A stretch of DNA of 37,439 nucleotides from a virus: IMG/VR virus record IMGVR_UViG_3300045988_085122, positions 1 to 37,439 of that record; one strand, written 5' to 3'. The notes below the pieces were generated by a model, which worked only from the letters and a program-made list of their open reading frames with translations, was not told where the DNA came from and ran no database searches. Position numbers and translations under genes: made by a program. Shown piece after piece: positions 8,030 to 15,351 of this stretch (positions within the stretch are counted from its first letter, which is position 1; each line of letters begins with the position of its first letter).

Positions 8030-8193
8030 GTTCTCACCTCCTTTAATTAAACATATCGTTTAACTTTATACTATTATTATACTAAACATTCTGTAAAAGT
8101 AAATACTTTTTTTAAACTTTTTGTTTAAAATTGTGCATTTTCTGTTTAACCAATATATAATATAGTATATAAATTTAGATGGGAGGTTATCCT
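8030..8193. promoter_or_regulatory. cI-cro genetic switch region with divergent promoters
   Basis: Rightward promoter read on the reverse strand: TTTACT-16nt-TATAAT around 8085-8110. Leftward promoter for cI: TTGTGC-17nt-TATATAAT around 8140-8170. Multiple TGTTTAA half-sites. Confidence 0.5.
8039..8067. promoter_or_regulatory. copy 2 of the 29-bp operator-like repeat, overlapping the cro RBS/leader
   Basis: Identical 29-mer. More GTTTAA half-sites occur at 8121-8160 within the cI-cro intergenic region. Confidence 0.6.
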
Positions 8194-8535
8194 ATGTCGG
8201 TTGAATTAGGTAAAAGATTAGAAAATCTAAGAGAAAGTAAAGGTTGGAATAAAACTTATGTATCAAAGAAAATTGGTTTAAAAACAATGCAAACATATGC
8301 TAATTATGAATACGGTAGCAGAGAACCGGATCTTGAAACTTTGAAAGAATTGGCTGAATTATACGGTGTTTCTGTTGATTACCTACTCGGAAAACCCACT
8401 CAAACTGAAACCGTCAAGACTGCCGATATTGAGGACGATAGCATTATCTTTACTTACGAAGGCAGACAGATTCCAAAAGAGGATTTAGAGTTTATGAGGC
8501 GATTGATGAGAGGCACACGTAACGACTTGAAATAG
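8194..8535 (+). CDS. cI: CI-like XRE-family HTH repressor
   Basis: MSVELGKRLENLRESKGWNKTYVSKKIGL is an XRE HTH. RBS GGGAGG lies 7 nt upstream of the ATG at 8194 (the track's upstream ATG lies within the RBS). Confidence 0.8.
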   Translation: MSVELGKRLENLRESKGWNKTYVSKKIGLKTMQTYANYEYGSREPDLETLKELAELYGVSVDYLLGKPTQTETVKTADIEDDSIIFTYEGRQIPKEDLEFMRRLMRGTRNDLK

Positions 8536-8550
8536 TGGAGGTATATTATT

Positions 8551-8991
8551 GTGGTTGACGATATAATATCATATCTGAATAATATTGCGATTAATAATAA
8601 TATACGTGTTATCTGGGAACACTTTGACCCATACACTCCATCCGGTGCATCTTACGAAGATATGTGTGTTGTGATGAATTTAGACTGGCATAAACAGCAT
8701 GAATTGATTTTCCAGTACGCCCACGAACTATCCCACATAATACGCGGGGATAAATCGGACTTAGCCTTTTACAACACGTCACGTAACAATAAATCAGGTA
8801 TTGAGTATCAGACAAATGTAATCGCCGTTAGGTTGTTAGTACCTTTTTATTGCAATGATACAGATATTAAAGATATAAGCGTTTATGATTTTATTAGACA
8901 GTACTGCATACCTGAATATTTGGTTGACGTTGCTACTGATGAAATAACTAAGTTTTTTAATGAAAGAAATGCAAATAAACACTACATATAA
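8551..8991 (+). CDS. ImmA/IrrE-family metallopeptidase (HEXXH), partner of the XRE repressor
   Basis: 146 aa. AHELSHIIRGD is an HEXXH motif. GTG start with RBS GGAGGT 8 nt upstream; immediately follows cI, as in ImmR/ImmA pairs. Confidence 0.7.
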   Translation: MVDDIISYLNNIAINNNIRVIWEHFDPYTPSGASYEDMCVVMNLDWHKQHELIFQYAHELSHIIRGDKSDLAFYNTSRNNKSGIEYQTNVIAVRLLVPFYCNDTDIKDISVYDFIRQYCIPEYLVDVATDEITKFFNERNANKHYI

Positions 8992-9021
8992 ATTATATAA
9001 CCCGTCGAAATCGACGGGTTT
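8991..9021. terminator. hairpin cccgtcg-aaat-cgacggg within a 31-bp element that recurs inverted at 10586-10616
   Basis: aattatataacccgtcgaaatcgacgggttt at 8991-9021; its exact reverse complement is at 10586-10616. Confidence 0.6.
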
Positions 9022-9066
9022 GAAAATGCCTTAAAAAGAACGTATATTCTAACGGAGGTTCAAACA

Positions 9067-10221
9067 ATGACTAAAATCAAAAAATACATTAAAAAAGACG
9101 GTTCTAAGGCTTACATGTTTAACTTGTATCTAGGAACTGACCCAGTAACCGGAAAACAGCGCCGAACAACAAGGCGTGGATTTAGGACAATAGCAGAGGC
9201 AAAGACTGCCCTATCACGTTTAGAGTTAGAGGTTATGGAAAACGGACTACCTACAAGCAAGCGTAAAATTATGACCTTCGAGGAGGTTTATAAAATGTGG
9301 TTTGAGCAATACAAAACGACCGTTAAGGAAAGTACTGCATACACTCAAAACAATATTATAAACGTTCAAATACTCCCCTATTTTGGAGCTTTAAGAGTAG
9401 ATAAGGTAGATACTGCATTTTGTCAAAAACAAGTTAATCGAATGTTCAAAACTTCCAAAAACTATAATAATATTATCAACTTAACACGCCGGATTTTTGA
9501 TTATGCCAAAGTGATGAAACAAATTAAAGTTAATCCTATGAACGACGTTATAATTTCGAAGAAACGAAAGACTTTAGATGATACTGATAAGCAAGTGAAT
9601 TTTTACACTAAAGAACAATTAAGAACATTCCTAGAAACATTAAAGAAACATTCTACATATCAAATGTATGCAGTATTTAGAGTTCTTACTTTCACTGGTA
9701 TCCGCAAAGGTGAGTTAGCTGCATTAAAATGGTCTGACGTGGATTTTAACAATGGAACCATTACGATAGATAAAACTGTTGCGATTGATAGTAACGGAGG
9801 CTTGCATATACAAACGCCTAAGACACGTAAAAGCATACGTACTATATCAGTTGACGATACCACTTTAAACGCTCTTAGAACGTGGAAAAACGAACTCAGA
9901 AAAGAATTATTTAAACAAGGTAAAAACATAGATAAAGGCGACGGATTCATCTTTCATAGAAATAACGGAAATTTCATAAACAAATACATTGACCAGTTTC
10001 TTCCGTCTTTTTTGAGAAAATACGATCTTCCACCAATCAAACCGCATGGATTCAGACACACTCATGCATCGTTATTATTTGAGAGTGGAGCAAGCATTAA
10101 AGAGGTTCAAGATAGACTTGGCCATGAAAACATAAAAACAACCATGGATATCTATACTCATGTCACACAATCAGCTAGAGAGAAAACGGCAGAAAAATTT
10201 GCTAAATATATTGATTTTTAA
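9067..10221 (+). CDS. int: tyrosine site-specific integrase
   Basis: 384 aa. C-terminal HGFRHTHASLLFESGASIKEVQDRLGHENIKTTMDIYTHV carries the R...HxxR...Y catalytic signature. RBS GGAGG. Confidence 0.95.
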   Translation: MTKIKKYIKKDGSKAYMFNLYLGTDPVTGKQRRTTRRGFRTIAEAKTALSRLELEVMENGLPTSKRKIMTFEEVYKMWFEQYKTTVKESTAYTQNNIINVQILPYFGALRVDKVDTAFCQKQVNRMFKTSKNYNNIINLTRRIFDYAKVMKQIKVNPMNDVIISKKRKTLDDTDKQVNFYTKEQLRTFLETLKKHSTYQMYAVFRVLTFTGIRKGELAALKWSDVDFNNGTITIDKTVAIDSNGGLHIQTPKTRKSIRTISVDDTTLNALRTWKNELRKELFKQGKNIDKGDGFIFHRNNGNFINKYIDQFLPSFLRKYDLPPIKPHGFRHTHASLLFESGASIKEVQDRLGHENIKTTMDIYTHVTQSAREKTAEKFAKYIDF

Positions 10222-10585
10222 TCAATACGTATTCAATTACATATTCAAAACAAAAATAGACACTTATAAAAGTGTCTATAATCGTTTATATATCAATGTT
10301 TTTTGACGTAATTATATTTTTGTATGGATTAAATTTTAATTTTAAATGTGCTATTTTTTGAGCTTTTCCACGCCTTTCTGTAACTAGCATTTTAACACAA
10401 AATAAGATTTTTAGTTTTCTGTATTTTTCTGCGGTTTGCTGATTAACGTATTCAACTCGTATTCAAAATAAAAACTCCACCTTTTTGAGTGGAGTTTGTT
10501 TTTTTATGATAATTCGTTCATTATGGTTCCTCCTTATATGATTTTTATTAGCCTTAAAGCCTGTAAAGCCCATGGCTAATAAAGT
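10222..10585. mobile_element. attP region: two similar ~35-bp arm-type repeat blocks, each followed by a hairpin
   Basis: Block 1 at 10222-10256 (acgtattcaattacatattcaaaacaaaaa) is followed by the hairpin atagacactt-ataa-aagtgtctat at 10254-10281. Block 2 at 10440-10474 (acgtattcaactcgtattcaaaataaaaa) is followed by the hairpin aactccac-cttttt-gagtggagtt plus a T-run at 10473-10505. The core is not resolved. Confidence 0.6.
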
Positions 10586-10616
10586 AAACCCGTCGATTTC
10601 GACGGGTTATATAATT
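10586..10616. terminator. inverted copy of the 31-bp hairpin element (terminator for the minus-strand membrane-protein gene)
   Basis: aaacccgtcgatttcgacgggttatataatt is the reverse complement of 8991-9021. Confidence 0.6.
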
Positions 10617-11295
10617 ACTTCAAGCCAGACTGTGCTTTAGAAGTCAAGCTATCATTTGTAAATGATAATGTGATCGTGCCGCCTTTAGTGCCAGTTATCC
10701 ATGTCGCGCTAACAGTTTTCTCGCCACCGATAATCATTTCACTTAAGCCATCAGGTTCACCATACTTACTTACAACATCATCATACGAAGAACCATCTGC
10801 AAGGCTGTTATAAGCGTCTAGATCAAATTTAGGGGTACGTGAGAACTTGAAACCTGTTATGCCTTTAGAAACAGCCTGATCACCATTAAATTCAACAGTG
10901 ATGGACACACCACCTTTGCTCCAAATATAATTTTTAATTTGCACGCCTTGTACGTCTTGTGTTGACGTTGAAGAAGGCTTACCTAAAGCTTTTTCAACAT
11001 CACTAAGGGCTGTTCCGCCATCACCATGGCTCATCAAATCACCAACAGCAATATTATCAAACGCCTTTCTAAATTCAGTATTTTGAGTGATAACCTTATT
11101 GTTTGAACTTGATTTACTCTCTGAAGCTGAAGATGTATCTGGATCAGATCCACCACCTATAGTTCCTGCAATAACTATAATAGCTAAAATAGCTAAAACC
11201 CAAAACCACACTCTTTTGTAAAGAGGCTTCTTTACAACATAAACATTTCCGTTTTCTTCTTTAATTTTTTTTGGCATAAATATCATCCTCTTCAT
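10615..11295 (-). CDS. membrane-anchored protein (N-terminal TM, Ser/Thr-rich linker, extracellular domain); lysogenic-conversion or superinfection-exclusion candidate
   Basis: 226 aa. One TM segment WFWVLAILAIIVIAGTIGG, then SSASESKSSSNNK, then a soluble domain. The likely start is the second ATG at 11277 (RBS AAGAGGATGA). Located between lysis genes and attP, where morons cluster. Confidence 0.5.
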   Translation of the reverse strand: MKRMIFMPKKIKEENGNVYVVKKPLYKRVWFWVLAILAIIVIAGTIGGGSDPDTSSASESKSSSNNKVITQNTEFRKAFDNIAVGDLMSHGDGGTALSDVEKALGKPSSTSTQDVQGVQIKNYIWSKGGVSITVEFNGDQAVSKGITGFKFSRTPKFDLDAYNSLADGSSYDDVVSKYGEPDGLSEMIIGGEKTVSATWITGTKGGTITLSFTNDSLTSKAQSGLK

Positions 11296-11348
11296 TTTCA
11301 GCTTTTAAAGACATCAGTATTTGGTCCCCTCAACTCTATTATTTTTTA

Positions 11349-11753
11349 TTAAATAATTTTATTGTCTTTTAGCAAATCATTGATTGCTGCTAAAGTATAA
11401 TGCTTTATCTCTCCGTCTTTAAACTCAGCTATCGCCCATGTTCCTTCGACTCTTAAAATTTCGCCGATACCTTGACGTGTTTTTACATGCTTTCCAATAT
11501 ACTTGTGCAATTCTTTATTTTGACGTGCCATCTCCTCTTTGTGCTCACGTTCTCTTCTTTCTGCGTCTAACTTGTTTCTATCAACAAAATTCTTTATGGT
11601 ATATCCATCTTTCTCAAGTTCCAATATGCTACCGTGTGGAATTCTTTCAAAATCGTTATCCAAAACGTATGAACCATTACTAATATAAGCCCATCCTGTT
11701 TCGCCTACTTCTGCATCTCTTACTTTAATGTATTCTGTTTCTTCTAATTTCAT
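11349..11753 (-). CDS. hypothetical protein (moron island gene 1)
   Basis: 134 aa; two small beta-rich segments joined by a charged helix (AERREREHKEEMARQNKELHK). It has its own sigma70-like promoter copy upstream. Confidence 0.5.
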   Translation of the reverse strand: MKLEETEYIKVRDAEVGETGWAYISNGSYVLDNDFERIPHGSILELEKDGYTIKNFVDRNKLDAERREREHKEEMARQNKELHKYIGKHVKTRQGIGEILRVEGTWAIAEFKDGEIKHYTLAAINDLLKDNKII

Positions 11754-11760
11754 TGTTATT

Positions 11761-11830
11761 TCCTCCTAGTTTTGTATATCTTCTTTACATTTATTATTAT
11801 ATCTCATTTGAGCTATATTGTAAATATTTC
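11761..11830 (-). promoter_or_regulatory. promoter/leader copy A (about 45 bp, near-identical to 12441-12500)
   Basis: Reverse strand reads TTTACA-16/17nt-TATAAT, then a leader, then GGAGG and ATG of the 134-aa gene. The shared core is tatatcttcyttacatttattattatatctcatttgagctata. Confidence 0.6.
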
Positions 11831-11832
11831 TT

Positions 11833-12012
11833 TCAATTATTTTTAAAATACTCATCTAATTTTTTGATAATTTTAATTGTAAGATTATCAAAATTTCGCT
11901 TACCTCTTCTTAAACCATAAATGGTTGACGTACTAACCCCAGTTTTTTTCTGAATATCGTAAGCACTGTAATTACTATCCATTACTTTATTTTTTATTTC
12001 ATCAATATCCAT
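11833..12012 (-). CDS. small HTH DNA-binding protein (59 aa)
   Basis: MDIDEIKNKVMDSNYSAYDIQKKTGVSTSTIYGLRRGKRNFDNLTIKIIKKLDEYFKNN; the segment SAYDIQKKTGVSTSTIYGL is HTH-like. RBS GGAGG. Below the ORF-track size cut-off. Confidence 0.5.
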   Translation of the reverse strand: MDIDEIKNKVMDSNYSAYDIQKKTGVSTSTIYGLRRGKRNFDNLTIKIIKKLDEYFKNN

Positions 12013-12030
12013 TGAATAACCTCCTAAATT

Positions 12031-12429
12031 TTAGAAACCTTTAACAACTGACTTTGGAGCCCACATTGTGATATTTCCGAAATCAGTTTCAAAGCATAAT
12101 AACAATGCTTTTTCTGTTTCACGTTCTACTCCAATGTTATAAGCTAATTGAGCGCCTTGTAATTCTGCTTGGTCAAGGTTCTTTTTCATTAACCAAACTG
12201 GAACACCTTGACGACCCATCCAGAAAAATTCAGGCCCGTTATATTCTTTATGTGTCAATTCGTATACAACGCCTTTAAATGCACTGTCTGACATTCTTTT
12301 GCGTCCAGCTTTAGCCATAGCCCAAATTTTCTTTAAAGCTAATTTTAAAGCTACCATATAATTTCCGACAGCTTTAACGATTTTCTTTGCAATTTTATGT
12401 GCTTGTTTCATGATTTGTTTCTTGCTCAT
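12031..12429 (-). CDS. hypothetical protein (moron island gene 2), with N-terminal Lys-rich amphipathic helix
   Basis: The start is likely MSKKQIMKQAHKIAKKIVKAV (RBS AAGGAGTGA). The longer track ORF (to 12483) reads through the promoter repeat and is rejected. Confidence 0.5.
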   Translation of the reverse strand: MSKKQIMKQAHKIAKKIVKAVGNYMVALKLALKKIWAMAKAGRKRMSDSAFKGVVYELTHKEYNGPEFFWMGRQGVPVWLMKKNLDQAELQGAQLAYNIGVERETEKALLLCFETDFGNITMWAPKSVVKGF

Positions 12430-12440
12430 TTCAATCACTC

Positions 12441-12500
12441 CTTTAGTTTTTATATCTTCCTTACATTTATTATTATATCTCATTTGAGCTATAATGCAAT
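12441..12500 (-). promoter_or_regulatory. promoter/leader copy B (TTGCAT-16nt-TATAAT)
   Basis: Reverse strand reads TTGCATtatagctcaaatgagaTATAATaataaatgtaaggaagatataaaaactaaAGGAGtgattgaaATG. Confidence 0.6.
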
Positions 12501-12528
12501 AGTTTTTTTATAAAAAAGTGCAAAAAAA

Positions 12529-12553
12529 TAAGATCCTACAATTTAGTAGGATC
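12529..12553 (-). terminator. hairpin agatcctac-aattta-gtaggatct flanked by A/T runs (bidirectional terminator)
   Basis: Perfect 9-bp stem; the reverse strand has a T-run after the hairpin. Confidence 0.55.
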
Positions 12554-12643
12554 TGTTTAGTCAGTGCACCAACACTGTAGCACCTGCAACTATATTATAT
12601 CAGTATAAGCTGTTGTTATCAATTTTAAAAGCATAAAAAAATA

Positions 12644-12667
12644 AGCCTACCTTTCAAGGTAGGCTTA
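12644..12667 (-). terminator. Rho-independent terminator after the endolysin gene
   Basis: aagcctacc-tttcaa-ggtaggctt, with TTTTTTT on the minus strand. Confidence 0.7.
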
Positions 12668-12672
12668 AAACA

Positions 12673-13602
12673 TTATTCAAAATTGCCCCAACTATTTACA
12701 CGCTTACCATTTACACTTACGCCAGTTGGCAAGTAGCCATATTGTCCATTCCCTCTTGGTTGTCTAATCCATACGTAAGCACCGGAATGACAGAAAGCAT
12801 CGTATTTAACAACTGAGCCTTTAGGCAAAACTCCAATCTTAGATGAATTAGTTGTAGCGCCCCAACGTAACACAATGCCTTCATCAACAGTAATAGTGAA
12901 CTTGCCATCTTCCTTGTACCATTTTACGCCAAGATCATCAGTCCATGAGTCATACTTAATGTTATTTTGGCTAGGTGCTGGAGCTGGTTTAGGTGCTTCA
13001 GTTTGTGGCTTTGATCCAGCCTTAGCAAACTTATCCCAAGCGTCCACATCCAGATACCAAACAGATCTATCCATATCTCCGCCTGTGTATTGCCAACCAG
13101 CAATTGAAGCAAAAGCGCCACTAGACACGTTCATATCTGGTACTGTCCAGGAGTTCCAGTTCATAGATGCATATTTGGCTACCCAAACAGCACAATCCTT
13201 TGCACAGTTAGCTACTTGGTTTAAAGCTGATTCCTGTACATAAATAACGCACCATACTCCGGTCAAACGGTGTACTTCGTCTACAAATTGGCGAACCCAA
13301 TTAGAATCACCCCACGCTGAATTTTGATAGCCTTCCCAGTCAACAATCAGCATACCTTGACCAACATAATTTTTGATGTTAGTAATAAAATACTGTGCTT
13401 CTGATACTGGATTACCACCGCCGGCATAATGATACAGACCGCGCTTTTTACCAAGTTCTCCGGCTAGATCCCATTGGTAGTTACATTTAGGATTAACGTA
13501 TCCTGTGCCTTGAGTAGCCTTCACAATTACTCCTTGAGCGTGTGGATCACGAATAATACTATCATCTGACCCTGAATAAACGTCTACTGTATACATAACC
13601 AT
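12673..13602 (-). CDS. lys: endolysin: GH25 muramidase with C-terminal SH3b cell-wall-binding domain
   Basis: 309 aa. N-terminal GH25 features (GVIVKATQGTGYVNP...DWEGY...) and a C-terminal SH3_5-like region (KYDSWTDDLGVKWYKEDGKFTI...). Confidence 0.9.
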   Translation of the reverse strand: MVMYTVDVYSGSDDSIIRDPHAQGVIVKATQGTGYVNPKCNYQWDLAGELGKKRGLYHYAGGGNPVSEAQYFITNIKNYVGQGMLIVDWEGYQNSAWGDSNWVRQFVDEVHRLTGVWCVIYVQESALNQVANCAKDCAVWVAKYASMNWNSWTVPDMNVSSGAFASIAGWQYTGGDMDRSVWYLDVDAWDKFAKAGSKPQTEAPKPAPAPSQNNIKYDSWTDDLGVKWYKEDGKFTITVDEGIVLRWGATTNSSKIGVLPKGSVVKYDAFCHSGAYVWIRQPRGNGQYGYLPTGVSVNGKRVNSWGNFE

Positions 13603-13603
13603 G

Positions 13604-13963
13604 CTATTTATCCTCCTTAATCTTAACTGTTGGTGTTAAATCTGATTTCTCGTAAGCTGATTGAACGGCAGTATGGATAGTCTTAGAGTCTAGCTTATAG
13701 CCTTGTTTCTTCATCACATCATTAACAATCATACTAGCTTCATCAAACTTTTCACGTCCGCTTTTATCTTGGCCAACTAAACTAGTAACTGCCATATCTG
13801 CTACTTGTTCAAGCAACATCCATAGTGCTTTAGATTGCTCAGTGGATGCATGTTCAGCTTTATTATCTAAGACTGGCTTGAGCTGCTTAAGTAAAAAAAT
13901 AGCCAATACAGATAATAGGCCTGTCTGTACTAACCATTCAATAATATCATTGATAATTTTCAC
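13604..13963 (-). CDS. holin candidate
   Basis: 119 aa. N-terminal TM segment (LVQTGLLSVLAIFLLKQL) and a charged C-terminus; immediately upstream of the endolysin. Confidence 0.55.
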   Translation of the reverse strand: MKIINDIIEWLVQTGLLSVLAIFLLKQLKPVLDNKAEHASTEQSKALWMLLEQVADMAVTSLVGQDKSGREKFDEASMIVNDVMKKQGYKLDSKTIHTAVQSAYEKSDLTPTVKIKEDK

Positions 13964-14268
13964 TTTTTATCACCTTCTAAATTTCCGATTCGGGTTTCAT
14001 GTTCAATCAACTCATCATGGTGTCTACTAACCTCATCCCTCAATTCCTCTAAGCTTTTGCGTTGCTCTTCAAAATTGTTGTTGAGTTGTTTGATCGTATT
14101 GTTTAGTTCTTTAAACTGTTGTTGTAGTGGGAATGTTCCAACAATAATCGCATTGTTTACCACTTTGGCGGCATATTTAGTCAGCCAATATATCCCACTA
14201 AAAAAGACAGAAACAGCAGCCAGAATAGATGCTATTTCTGCCCAAGAATATCCTAATAATGAATGCAC
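13960..14268 (-). CDS. holin-like small membrane protein with coiled-coil tail
   Basis: 102 aa. TM segment IASILAAVSVFFSGIYWL followed by a coiled-coil (NNTIKQLNNNFEEQRKSLEELRDEVSRHHDELIEHE); 4-nt overlap with the downstream holin. Confidence 0.5.
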   Translation of the reverse strand: MHSLLGYSWAEIASILAAVSVFFSGIYWLTKYAAKVVNNAIIVGTFPLQQQFKELNNTIKQLNNNFEEQRKSLEELRDEVSRHHDELIEHETRIGNLEGDKK

Positions 14269-14317
14269 ATATGTTCACCTACTTTTTTAATCCTACCCAC
14301 CCACCCCTTCGTTTGTT

Positions 14318-14479
14318 TTAAGCTTCTGAAGCTGCCGGTGTATCATAATCTTGGCCGGTAATTTCTTTGAATTGTTCTTTACCAAAATAATGAACTTGAA
14401 CCGCTAAACGACAATCATCAACTGTAAATAAACCTAGTGGATAGTATTCCTTAAACATTGTATACATCACTTCGTCCAT
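14318..14479 (-). CDS. hypothetical small protein (53 aa)
   Basis: MDEVMYTMFKEYYPLGLFTVDDCRLAVQVHYFGKEQFKEITGQDYDTPAASEA, with RBS AGGGAGG; below the ORF-track cut-off. Confidence 0.4.
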   Translation of the reverse strand: MDEVMYTMFKEYYPLGLFTVDDCRLAVQVHYFGKEQFKEITGQDYDTPAASEA

Positions 14480-14480
14480 G

Positions 14481-14840
14481 TTATTTTCCTCCCTTATTTA
14501 GATCCATTAATTGTTTTGTTAAACTTGCATTGACCTTTTGTTGTTGTACATTTGCTGCTTGCAATTGCATAACTTGCTTAGTTAATGCTGCTAATGCTTG
14601 TTGACCTTGAGTTGGTTCTGGTTTGGGTTCTGAAGCAGCATGCTTTTGCTTCCATTCTTCTTCTGTTAAACCATTCCAAGAATATGTGTTTTCATTCCAA
14701 GTTGGACCATACAAGCCAACACCGTTGTTATCTACTGGTTTTACTGTTGTAGCATTAGCTGGAATTTCTGCAGTATCTTCAATTACATCATAGCCATTAA
14801 ATTCCTTTGTCTTTTCGTCATAAAAATATACTTGTTTCAT
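14481..14840 (-). CDS. hypothetical tail/baseplate-associated protein
   Basis: 119-aa ORF in the tail-fibre region; N-terminal MKQVYFYDEKTKEFNGYD, then a P/E/Q-rich C-terminus. Confidence 0.45.
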   Translation of the reverse strand: MKQVYFYDEKTKEFNGYDVIEDTAEIPANATTVKPVDNNGVGLYGPTWNENTYSWNGLTEEEWKQKHAASEPKPEPTQGQQALAALTKQVMQLQAANVQQQKVNASLTKQLMDLNKGGK

Positions 14841-15266
14841 TTAAGCCACCTCAATCCATACGTCATGTACATCAAAATGTTGCCCTGCTGGCAAGCTGGT
14901 GCTACCAAAATTAGTAATATTCATTTTCCCCTGATCAGCAAAAAATACCATATCCCCCGCATGTTCATTACTGAATACTCCAATTCTTCGCCAGCTTGGA
15001 AATCCTGATGGTTGGACAGCAACTTGTACTGAATATGGAACACTTTCGAGTTTAGGTGAAATGAGAGAAACGTCAAATGTGTTAATAGTAATATTGCCTA
15101 ATCTAATTTTTATCCATGTTCCATTGCTACCCCACCCGTTGGCAGGAGTAATCGTAACTTTCGTAACATCCCAATCTTGGACATTAGCCAATTTGTCGAA
15201 ATTTTCTTTAATCTTTTCTGGCCCATTTTGCATTCCAGAGAAAATAGGTTCAAAATTTATTGCCAT
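14841..15266 (-). CDS. hypothetical tail/baseplate-associated protein
   Basis: 141-aa ORF abutting the previous gene, between the BppU-like gene and the lysis genes. Confidence 0.45.
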   Translation of the reverse strand: MAINFEPIFSGMQNGPEKIKENFDKLANVQDWDVTKVTITPANGWGSNGTWIKIRLGNITINTFDVSLISPKLESVPYSVQVAVQPSGFPSWRRIGVFSNEHAGDMVFFADQGKMNITNFGSTSLPAGQHFDVHDVWIEVA

Positions 15267-15351
15267 TTTTGGTCCTTCTTTCTTTTTTATTTACGCCATT
15301 CTAGGCGTTGTGTGCGTTGATCGATATAGTTGGCACGTAAGTCGGAGGGGC

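Noticed and set aside
12430-12483. N-terminal extension MRYNNKCKEDIKTKGVIE of the 150-aa track ORF
   Set aside because: The extension runs through the duplicated promoter/leader repeat. An internal ATG at 12429 with RBS AAGGAGTGA is the more plausible start.
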